This document shows, one piece after another, positions 35,415-44,711 of a DNA stretch of 48,822 nucleotides. Made by a program: the position numbers and the translations under genes. Source of the DNA: a virus (Duplodnaviria; Heunggongvirae; Uroviricota; Caudoviricetes); IMG/VR virus record IMGVR_UViG_2541047788_000006; one strand, 5' to 3'. The notes below the pieces were generated by a model. It did not search any database. It was not told where the DNA came from and saw only the letters and a list, made by a program, of their open reading frames with translations. Position 1 is the first letter of the stretch. Each line of letters begins with the position of its first letter.

Positions 35415-35655
35415 GTGGTGGGCGTTCGGAATAAGGCAGCCTGACAGAGATTATCCAGTGCCGATAGTCGAGACTGAGAGCTTTCTTAACCTCGAACCCG
35501 CGCCTGCGGTAAGAATGAATCAGCCATTCGGCCTGTTCTGCAGTGCATGGAGGGTGCTGGAACCATTCAGACTTGAATGCGTGAGAATACCGCCCGTGCG
35601 TGCAGGCAAGAACGGGCGAATTATCAGAATTGTAATATTTTACGTTGCGTGCCAT
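35377..35655 (-). CDS. hypothetical protein (occupies the rem position of Qin)
   Basis: 92-aa ORF upstream of and overlapping ydfU; no recognisable motif. Confidence 0.4.
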   Translation of the reverse strand: MARNVKYYNSDNSPVLACTHGRYSHAFKSEWFQHPPCTAEQAEWLIHSYRRRGFEVKKALSLDYRHWIISVRLPYSERPPRASRTFQQRIWR

Positions 35656-35721
35656 CGGTTTTCTCCGGTGGCACGGTGTTACTCAGCGGGAGTTCAGCCC
35701 CGCGCAAGATTGTAGATGAGT

Positions 35722-35973
35722 TTATTCTTCTGCAAAAGCAGAAAAGCCAGCTTTTATTCCGATCTCTTTCAATGCCTGTAATGAAGTGACAAACTCACCT
35801 TCGCGCAAGATAAATCCGTCCGTGACCCGAGCATCCACAAAATTAATTAACGCAGCCCCATTCTTTCGCAAACACATAATGCGGTAATGACTAACAAGAT
35901 TTCCATTTTCAACGCACACAGCATAGAGGCCATCTTCACAAAAAATTTTACGCAGTTCTTCGATGTTCATCAT
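35722..35973 (-). CDS. hypothetical protein
   Basis: 83-aa ORF between the hok terminator and the rem-position ORF; no recognisable motif. Confidence 0.4.
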   Translation of the reverse strand: MMNIEELRKIFCEDGLYAVCVENGNLVSHYRIMCLRKNGAALINFVDARVTDGFILREGEFVTSLQALKEIGIKAGFSAFAEE

Positions 35974-36091
35974 CAGAATCCTTCCGGATAATTAGCTCTC
36001 CCCTTTAAGGGACCATCCCTCTTATCCCTGCGCGCTACTTAAGTATTTTTGATTCTATTCCGGCACCGTCCAGATCTTCAAACGCGTTGAA

Positions 36092-36121
36092 AATAAAAAC
36101 AAAAACCCGCCGAAGCGGGTT
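36092..36121 (-). terminator. rho-independent terminator downstream of hokD
   Basis: Minus-strand stem ACCCGC / GCGGGT with loop TTCG followed by UUUUUGUUUUU. Confidence 0.55.
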
Positions 36122-36189
36122 AAGTGCGGGTGCGTTGAGGATGCCTGCCACATCAGAGGTGGCGAGGGATTTCTCCCTCGCCGGGTCTC

Positions 36190-36345
36190 TTACTCCTCAG
36201 GTTCGTAAGCTGTGAAGACAGCGACCTCCGTCTGGCCGGTTCGGATTCGTACCTCGCAGAGGTCTTTCCTCGTTACCAGTGCCGTCACTATGACGGTTAA
36301 ACAGATGACGATCAGGGCGATTAACATCGCCTTTTGCTGCTTCAT
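36190..36345 (-). CDS. hokD: Hok-family type I toxin
   Basis: 51 aa MKQQKAMLIALIVICLTVIVTALVTRKDLCEVRIRTGQTEVAVFTAYEPEE; the ORF track's in-frame upstream extension (to 36402) would be mok-like leader. Confidence 0.9.
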   Translation of the reverse strand: MKQQKAMLIALIVICLTVIVTALVTRKDLCEVRIRTGQTEVAVFTAYEPEE

Positions 36346-37467
36346 AGCCTGCTTCTCCTTGCCTTTCGGCTCGTAAGAGGCTAACCTACATGTGTCTAGC
36401 ATGAAATTGGCCTCAGATTAATGTTAAGCGTCTTGCAGGACGCGTAATGTTAACTGGGGCTTTTCTCTATCTGCCTTTGGTGTTCATGCCCGAGGCAGAT
36501 AGCCTCAAGCACCCGCAGCCATTCTACTTAACTACCGTTACCTCGCCAATATGAAATCAGTCAGAAAGGCGATCCATAAGAACAATAGCAAGACAATAAA
36601 TCGCCATTACAGCCGTAATAGCCAGCGCACATTTGAGAACCAGCACCACAACCTCCTGTATTGGACGTAGACCAGTCCTGATGAATATGAGGCTGTCTCG
36701 TCAGTGATTCAATACAACTATTGGGTATAGTTTCTCTGATTTTTTCTGTGGAAATGGGGCACAACCACTAGTCACCACCAGCACTTCTTTTAATACGCAA
36801 AGTCCGACACAAGCTAACCTTCTAGTCCGCTTTGAGCGAAAAACAGCCATAATTTAGTGCCACGTATATAATGATAGAGCTATTCAAGCTAGCAATTCAC
36901 ATGTAAAAATTCAGAGGGTAGAAGCACATAGTTATAAATGTTGGCTCCATCGACAAATTGCGGTCTCAAGTACATTTATTAATGTTGCCCCCGCATTAAC
37001 AAATCATCAAGGTGACGACATGGACGATATTAATATCAGCCTCGACGAACTTAACACTATTGATTTATCCCCCTTAATCCAGAGTAAGCTGCCAGTTACC
37101 TGCTTTGATATCACAAAGTATCTTTCTAGCCTAGGTGATGGAAGAGCGGAGATAAGACTGCTAACCCATATTTGCGGTTTTCACTTTCGTCCCGAAAATC
37201 CACAGGTACCATTTGGTCCGTGCTTTCAAAGCAGCCAAGGTAGATCTGCAATTCCGGATGACATTAACGGGTTGTCGCTGGAGGTACTTTCTCAATTTTG
37301 CCCGACGATAGAGCTACCCGAACTTCAAGCTCGTATTGCTGATACACTTTGGGTTCGTAAAATTGGTGGAATCCGTTTTCCTTTGCTGGCAGTCCGTGCT
37401 TATTATGCGTCCAGTATAGCTATTATGACATCGCAAGGGACGTGGGTTAGTGCTTTAGAACGCCTAG

Positions 37468-38662
<1,195 letters not shown>

Positions 38663-40224
38663 CTAGAGCGTGCGCTTAGGCTGTGTTGTTTTTTTCGAAA
38701 GAATACTGATTTCAGGGATGAATTTGATCAGCTTTCGGCACATCTACTAGCAGAGTATGAACGTACCAGAGAACAAGGCGATTCACCTTATCCGCTGCGA
38801 CTCCTGCAACTCGATATCGACTGTAAAGTGAGTGAGCCATCTTTTATTGCCCAGGAACTCCTGTTTCTGACAAAAAACTATCTGGCTCAAAAATTATTTT
38901 CATTTGCCGTCGATGCCTGTAAAACCGCAATCACGATTGCGAATAGGTGCTGTGACAGAGATACACAGTTTGAATTCTGGCGGCTTCTTGCCGATACACA
39001 TCTGGAAGAGTCAAAATTCCAAGATGGCGGTATGATTTCGGCAGCCTGCATGCAGAATGCTATTGAAGCACTGGCTAATATTCCAGGAACCCGAATAGAA
39101 CGTCTTGCGCTGTATGAAGAAATGCGTGATTACCAAATCGAATCCCGTCACCAGATGTCTATCCTTCAGTCTCCCCCTCAAGATATTAGTGAGATTGTCC
39201 ATCAAGCCAAGAGTCGGGTAGTCGGAAGAGATATGTTTGATATGGTTTTCAGACTTGCGATGCTGGTCTGTCGGCCAACCAGCATTGAGAGACTTAAGGC
39301 TCAAGCAATAGAACAAAAGGCCAACAGCATAGCTTGGATGTTTGGATCAACACATATTGATCATGAGGGAATGACACTTGCTCGCATACCCGCAGGATTG
39401 GGGATTGATGATGCAAATGGGGCAGTTATTTGGCCCATAATGATGACGAGAATGCGTATCGACCATGAGTTGGCAGTAGCTGGGCAAATTATTCCTGCTA
39501 CAGATGAGATCACAATGAAATATCCAATCTCGGAGGCGTTTTTTCGCGATATGTTCATCAATCATCCCTTCATCCCGTTTGGGCATGAAGAGTTTTTCAT
39601 CAAGGGTATGGTTTGCGGTTTCAATGGAGATTTTATGACGGCATGCCACGTGTTGATTCCCCAGATCGAAAATAGTCTGAGATATGTGGCTAAAATTAAA
39701 GGTGAGGAACCATCGCAGCTTCACGGGGACGGTTCGCAAGAGCGAAATGGACTCAAGGGATTACTAGATAATCCACTGATTATTGAAGCTTTCGGCGTAG
39801 ACATAATTGGCAATCTTCAGGCCTTACTGGTAGATAAAATCTATGGTGATTTACGAAATCAACTAGCTCACGGATATGTGCCTGCCGGTTACTACAATCA
39901 ACCTCCCTGCATTTTTGCATGGTGGCTTGTATTGCACATTCTAATGAACCCTACGGCGAGATACTGGCAAGCCACTTATGGCCAAGAGAGTGAGGCTCAG
40001 ACTTAAAGTGAATAAGTTTACGAAGTTGGCACTTCCGGATGCATGTCCATATGAGTTGAGGCGATTTGGTTAATAAGGTTGAGTGCTGCTGAAATTATTC
40101 GATGTCCGCTTTTGGCACAAAGCGGACAACCACGCCAGATCTACCCTGTGCCATGAAAAATGAGAATGTCAATTCACTCCTGAACTAATGCTTTTTAATC
40201 TAGTAACGTCTAAAATACCTAACA

Positions 40225-40626
40225 TTATCCCTGATAAAATGCCAGTATGCGCTGCATAACTTCACTCATCCGGCACTCGCGACAGATTATGTTTAGGCGA
40301 CTGTCGTAGCGACGTATTTCTCCATCAGGTAACGACCAGATAAGGTCCGGATCAACCACAGCTGTTTTCTTCACCTTTGCCCTCGAGAGTTTTTTGCGGG
40401 CGTTTTGCCAGTCCTTACGCGCCTGTTCAGACGGGAATAACCCGTAGCCGGAGTTGTATACATCGCCACTGGCTACCAGCTCTCTGGCAAGAACGCTCAT
40501 CAGATATCTAGTCGCACCTGTTTTAGCTTCCAGTTGCCGTAACGTCTCACGACCGCTCTGGCGCACGAGTTCCACCACCTGCCCTTTAATTTTTTCCCGC
40601 TCTTCTTGTGTAAAAACTTTTGCCAC
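40225..40626 (-). CDS. hypothetical early-region protein
   Basis: 133-aa ORF downstream of the O-like replication gene; no recognisable motif. Confidence 0.4.
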   Translation of the reverse strand: MAKVFTQEEREKIKGQVVELVRQSGRETLRQLEAKTGATRYLMSVLARELVASGDVYNSGYGLFPSEQARKDWQNARKKLSRAKVKKTAVVDPDLIWSLPDGEIRRYDSRLNIICRECRMSEVMQRILAFYQG

Positions 40627-40666
40627 AAGTCCCCCTTAAAATTACCTCATGACCTGAAATCAAAAC

Positions 40667-41686
40667 TTATCCTCTGAAACCAGGCGGAATTTCTGTATCC
40701 GGTTCAGAAATATGATTAACACAACGCTGTACAGGTGAACGCCCCAGGCGGATGACCAGTTCGTCCCATTTTTCGCGGAGCTTTGACGGGCTCATGATGT
40801 TTTTTACCCAGAATGGATCCCGCTGTACCCGACCAAACATTTCACAAATTTGTCTGTGGCTTCTGCCATCCAGCATCCGCATTGTGCGCACATCATTGGC
40901 CCAGACAGTCCAGTTAGGCTCTTTTGGTCGCATGATCTCGCCATCATCACTGGCGGCCTGTTCGTAGAGACCCACGATCCGCCCCCATATCCACTGCGCA
41001 CACGCCAGATCCTCCTGGCTACCCCACTGGCGTTTTTTCGCACTAAACACAACTGCGCCAGGGTGCCGGATTAAAAAATCCTGTTCAGCCGTCTGCGGGT
41101 CCGGTTGCGAAGCTTCCGGACGAAAAGTGTTTTTATTCTCTGTAGTAATCTCTGTTGTATTCTCTGTAGGATCATCGGGCCATTTTGACCCGATGACATT
41201 GGGTCGTTTTGAACCAATGGAGCGTTTCATTTTGACCTCTTCCATCGTGTCATTTTGACCTGATGGAGCGGCGCATTTTGAACCGATGGATTCGCTCAAT
41301 TTGCCATCATCTAAAAGCTCGCTTCCATAGTTAATCGTGTAGAAATTGGTCATATCGCGCTTTGATTTATTGAGCTTTTCACAACGCAAAAGCCCCAGCG
41401 TTTTCAGACTTGCAAACGCGCGCTTTAACGTTGACTCTGACCAGAATGGGAACTGTTCCAGCCATTGTTCCGTTGTGTTGTAAATCCAGCGAACACCATC
41501 ACATTCCATGCCGGAATTGGTATCTCTCAACCAGTAATGCAACTGCTGCAACACAATGGCTTCATTTAAGCCAATCTTCATCGCAAGCTGTGTGTTTATA
41601 ACCAGTGGGCGTTCAGCAAAAAGAAGGCTCATAATTCCATCCAGCTTTTTGTTGGTATTGCTGTCGATACGCAAGTTTGAAAGCAA
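40667..41686 (-). CDS. replication initiator (lambda O-like) with internal origin iterons
   Basis: 339-aa ORF; five ~23-bp iterons lie inside the coding region and translate to repeated SIGSK/IGSK peptide motifs, as in lambda O/ori; start may be the internal Met near 41632. Confidence 0.65.
   Translation of the reverse strand: MLSNLRIDSNTNKKLDGIMSLLFAERPLVINTQLAMKIGLNEAIVLQQLHYWLRDTNSGMECDGVRWIYNTTEQWLEQFPFWSESTLKRAFASLKTLGLLRCEKLNKSKRDMTNFYTINYGSELLDDGKLSESIGSKCAAPSGQNDTMEEVKMKRSIGSKRPNVIGSKWPDDPTENTTEITTENKNTFRPEASQPDPQTAEQDFLIRHPGAVVFSAKKRQWGSQEDLACAQWIWGRIVGLYEQAASDDGEIMRPKEPNWTVWANDVRTMRMLDGRSHRQICEMFGRVQRDPFWVKNIMSPSKLREKWDELVIRLGRSPVQRCVNHISEPDTEIPPGFRG
41175..41300. repeat. origin-type iterons (5 copies, ~23-bp period)
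   Basis: CATTTTGACC-type repeats at 41181, 41205, 41228, 41251 and 41274, each followed by YGATGGA-like sequence; flanked at 41121..41160 by short ATTCTCTGTAG repeats. Confidence 0.6.
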
Positions 41687-42134
41687 TTGCTTTTTCTATA
41701 AGTTCGTCAGTTTCACGATCCACTACGGCAGGATCAGCAAAAAGCAGTCCGGACTCCACCACATCGCCATATTCTTTGTTTAACCCGGCGATCATGTACG
41801 TGATGCTTTTTCCGTCACTAATTTCACGATACAACCTGAAATCATTAATCCGGATAGCCTCCATAATTGCAGGCACTAGCGCCGTGAACTTTTCACGCTT
41901 ATCCCTGGTGTCGATAGCCTTCCAGCGTTCGAATATCTTCACTCGATTAACGCCAAGCGCTCGCTGATCAACCGCGCCACCTTCATCTGTGACACGCTGA
42001 ACATCGATGTTCGGGCGCTCTTTCAAAGCCCAGAATGCTTCAGTGATTAATATCGTCGCCTGCTCCTGTGTCATTCCTGGTCGACATATCCAGGCATCCA
42101 GAGCCTCACGAGCCTGTTCAGGAGTGATTTTCAT
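41613..42134 (-). CDS. hypothetical early regulator (occupies the cII position downstream of the cro-like gene)
   Basis: 173-aa ORF immediately downstream of dicC-like gene; assignment by position only. Confidence 0.4.
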   Translation of the reverse strand: MKITPEQAREALDAWICRPGMTQEQATILITEAFWALKERPNIDVQRVTDEGGAVDQRALGVNRVKIFERWKAIDTRDKREKFTALVPAIMEAIRINDFRLYREISDGKSITYMIAGLNKEYGDVVESGLLFADPAVVDRETDELIEKAIAFKLAYRQQYQQKAGWNYEPSFC

Positions 42135-42345
42135 TGTTCAACCGCCCCGCCCGCTTCGTCTTACGATATTCGTCATAAACCTTGGGATCATACAGAAGCT
42201 CGCCGCCAGATGCCTCCTGTAGACGCATCGCGCGACCTTCAGGAACCAGCTCTTGCCATTGAGAAACAGCAGATGGGTCAACGCCAGCAGCTTTCGCTAC
42301 TTTGGCTTTCGTACCGTAAAAATTAATTACGTCTGATTTAAACAT
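42118..42345 (-). CDS. dicC: Cro-like regulator DicC-type
   Basis: C-terminus ...VPEGRAMRLQEASGGELLYDPKVYDEYRKTKRAGRLNNENHS matches DicC as recalled; divergent from the dicA-like gene; start at MFKSDV (the ORF track extends to 42372). Confidence 0.75.
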   Translation of the reverse strand: MFKSDVINFYGTKAKVAKAAGVDPSAVSQWQELVPEGRAMRLQEASGGELLYDPKVYDEYRKTKRAGRLNNENHS

Positions 42346-42354
42346 CGCACCTCC

Positions 42355-42410
42355 AGTATTGAGTTTTCTCAATGCTAATCACTCAAGGAATCTCAAGTCA
42401 AGGGTTATTA
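42355..42410. promoter_or_regulatory. candidate operator region between divergent dicC-like and dicA-like genes
   Basis: Palindrome TTGAG-TTTT-CTCAA (42359..42372) and nearby direct CTCAAG repeats in the intergenic region. Confidence 0.35.
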
Positions 42411-42422
42411 AGATATCTAAAT

Positions 42423-42830
42423 ATGAACGAGAAAACTTTAGGTCAACGCATTAGAGAAAGACGTAAGCAGGTAGGTTTAAGTCAAAACGGTTTAAGCAAA
42501 GCTGCTGGCGTATCTGGCTCATCAATTTCATTATGGGAAAGTGACCATACAGCCCCGCGCGGGCAAAATTTGCATCGCCTCGCCGAGGTATTGCAATGTT
42601 CACCAACCTGGATACTGTTTGGCGACGAGGACAAAACACCAGCTCCCCCTGTTTCACTCGATAGTGCCTTAGACTTATCGGAAGATGAGTTAGAGATGCT
42701 GCGTTTGTATCGCGCACTTCCTAAATCAGAGCAACAAGCACAACTCAGCGAACTCCGCGCCCGCGTTGAGAATTTTAATCGCCTGTTCACCGAGCTATTA
42801 GAGGCTCGCAAACGCAACAAGCATCAATAA
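42423..42830 (+). CDS. dicA: HTH_XRE-family repressor (DicA/CI-like)
   Basis: 135 aa; N-terminal HTH (LGQRIRERRKQVGLSQNGLSKAAGVSGSSISLWE) and ...VLQCSPTWILFGDEDK... resembling DicA as recalled; start at the ATG 42423 inside ORF 42372..42830. Confidence 0.8.
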   Translation: MNEKTLGQRIRERRKQVGLSQNGLSKAAGVSGSSISLWESDHTAPRGQNLHRLAEVLQCSPTWILFGDEDKTPAPPVSLDSALDLSEDELEMLRLYRALPKSEQQAQLSELRARVENFNRLFTELLEARKRNKHQ

Positions 42831-43022
42831 TCATCCCTTCACAAAATTTTAAAGCCTTACATTTCAATGTATTGGCTTTATCTTGCGCCAATACTTGAGT
42901 TTTCTCATCAAAAAGCCTTGGCGAAAAATAATGAGAAAACTAAATTACCTCCATCAACACACCGCACGGTGTTCTCAGCAAACAGTTCCGCTACCCCGGC
43001 GTTAAGGGGAAATGAGGTCAGC

Positions 43023-43178
43023 ATGGATACTATCGATCTTGGCAACAACGAATCTCTGGTGTACGGCGTGTTTCCAAACCAGGACGGCACGTTCACCGCA
43101 ATGACGTATACCAAAAGCAAAACGTTTAAAACCGAAAATGGTGCCCGTCGCTGGCTGGAAAGAAACTCAGGTGAGTGA
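43023..43178 (+). CDS. ydfA: small protein YdfA-like
   Basis: 51 aa MDTIDLGNNESLVYGVFPNQDGTFTAMTYTKSKTFKTENGARRWLERNSGE; first gene of the dicB-type operon. Confidence 0.6.
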   Translation: MDTIDLGNNESLVYGVFPNQDGTFTAMTYTKSKTFKTENGARRWLERNSGE

Positions 43179-43179
43179 T

Positions 43180-43755
43180 ATGGATTTCGACACAATCATG
43201 GAAAAGGCTTACGAAGAATACTTCGAAGGCCTTGCCGAAGGCGAAGAAGCTCTCAGCTTCAGTGAGTTTAAACAGGCACTCAGAATAAGAATGCGCTCTC
43301 ACAATGACGCGGAGCACAAATATGAGAAGCAAAATCAGACCGCAGAAAATTTTGTTCTGGAACCCGGAGAAACGCTTTTCAAAATTCCCGTTACGTGCCC
43401 CATTTGCGGTTTTACATCAGAAGAACTTGACGACTCCTGTAACAATCAGGAAACAACCAAGTATGTCGAAGATGATACCGAGTGCGCACGAAGAACGATT
43501 ATATCCACGAGTCCAAACTCCAGGACCAATAAATCTCACTTTGAGAGGGTGATTAATCCACTCCCCCAAACCAATAAAAAAGATGCCGGAGGACAAAAAA
43601 ACCAATGGAACAACGGGATATCTGTCAAAAAAAGACGTTCCATTAAAGACAAACAACGCAGCGCCAACAACTGTAAGCGCTTTATACCAGTAATCAATTT
43701 TCATGTTCTTAAGCGGATTTATTGGTGGTTGCGACATTGCTTAATGAATCCTTAA
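43180..43755 (+). CDS. YdfB/YdfC-like protein (single 191-aa ORF)
   Basis: Starts MDFDTIMEKAYEEYFEGLAEGEE...; contains CPICGF; TGATATG junction with ydfA. Confidence 0.5.
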   Translation: MDFDTIMEKAYEEYFEGLAEGEEALSFSEFKQALRIRMRSHNDAEHKYEKQNQTAENFVLEPGETLFKIPVTCPICGFTSEELDDSCNNQETTKYVEDDTECARRTIISTSPNSRTNKSHFERVINPLPQTNKKDAGGQKNQWNNGISVKKRRSIKDKQRSANNCKRFIPVINFHVLKRIYWWLRHCLMNP

Positions 43756-44014
43756 AACTGTGGTGATTTTAAGGATACCACCTCGCCTGACGTGGTTAAA
43801 AGCAGGCACACAACACGAAAGCGCACGGCGAAGTTCGTCTCACTGTACGGTGTCGTCAAATTTAATTCGACCGTGCGCTTCCGGTTGTGGCAACCCGCGA
43901 AATGGCGCGGCGGTAAGTATGGCGGGGTTATTCCTTCCCCGTTGAGGACACCGAGTTGTCAGGTTGACCATACGCTTAAGCGACAACCCCGCTGCAACGC
44001 CCTCTGTTATCAAT

Positions 44015-44067
44015 TTTCTGGTGACGTTTGGCGGTATCAGTTTTACTCCGTGACTGCTCTGCCGCCG
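44015..44067 (+). ncRNA. dicF: DicF small RNA (ftsZ-targeting sRNA)
   Basis: Sequence TTTCTGGTGACGTTTGGCGGTATCAGTTTTACTCCGTGACTGCTCTGCCGCC matches the 53-nt DicF sRNA as recalled; followed by GTTTTT; located just upstream of dicB. Confidence 0.8.
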
Positions 44068-44241
44068 TTTTTAAAGTGAATTTTGTGATGCGGTGAATGC
44101 GGCTAAGCGCACGCGGAACAGTTAAAACCAAAAACAGTGTTATGGGTGGATTCTCTGTATCCGGCGTTAATTGTTAACTGGTTAACGTCACCTGGAGGCA
44201 CCAGGCACTGCATCACAAAATTCATTGTTGAGGACGCGATA

Positions 44242-44430
44242 ATGAAAACGTTATTACCAAACGTTAATACGTCTGAAGGTTGTTTTGAAATTGGTGTCAC
44301 TATCAGTAACCCTGTATTTACTGAAGATGCCATTAACAAGAGAAAACAAGAACGGGAGCTATTAAATAAAATATGCATTGTTTCAATGCTGGCTCGTTTA
44401 CGTCTGATGCCAAAAGGATGTGCACAATGA
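44242..44430 (+). CDS. dicB: cell division inhibitor DicB (MinC-dependent)
   Basis: 62 aa MKTLLPNVNTSEGCFEIGVTISNPVFTEDAINKRKQERELLNKICIVSMLARLRLMPKGCAQ. Confidence 0.9.
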   Translation: MKTLLPNVNTSEGCFEIGVTISNPVFTEDAINKRKQERELLNKICIVSMLARLRLMPKGCAQ

Positions 44431-44618
44431 ATTCAGCATTTGCGCTTGTTCTGACAGTTTTTCTTGTTTCCGGAGAGCCAGTTGATATTGCAGTCAGTGT
44501 TCACAGGACAATGCAGGAGTGTATGACTGCAGCAACCGAACAGAAAATTCCCGGTAACTGTTACCCGGTCGATAAAGTTATTCACCAGTATAATATCGAA
44601 ATCCCGGCAGGTCTTTAA
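44427..44618 (+). CDS. ydfD: small membrane protein YdfD
   Basis: 63 aa MNSAFALVLTVFLVSGEPVDIAVSVHRTMQECMTAATEQKIPGNCYPVDKVIHQYNIEIPAGL; ATGA overlap with dicB. Confidence 0.8.
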   Translation: MNSAFALVLTVFLVSGEPVDIAVSVHRTMQECMTAATEQKIPGNCYPVDKVIHQYNIEIPAGL

Positions 44619-44711
44619 AACAGTTCCGTAATAAATATCCGGTTTCATTCTTATATGCCAGCAATGGCAGGGATTTGTTCATCCTTAAATCTGTCATGAG
44701 GTTAAAACAAA

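Noticed and set aside
36561-36764. 67-aa Cys/Gly-rich minus-strand ORF upstream of hokD
   Set aside because: No ribosome-binding site, low-complexity composition, lies in AT-rich presumptive regulatory DNA; not RelE/RelB-like.
40110-40133. Stable hairpin GTCCGCTTT-n6-AAAGCGGAC downstream of the IS5-split gene, considered as a terminator
   Set aside because: No U-tract follows on either strand, so it cannot be called an intrinsic terminator with confidence; may still be an RNA-stability element.
44103-44378. 91-aa minus-strand ORF overlapping dicB
   Set aside because: Antisense to the well-supported dicB gene; no start context.
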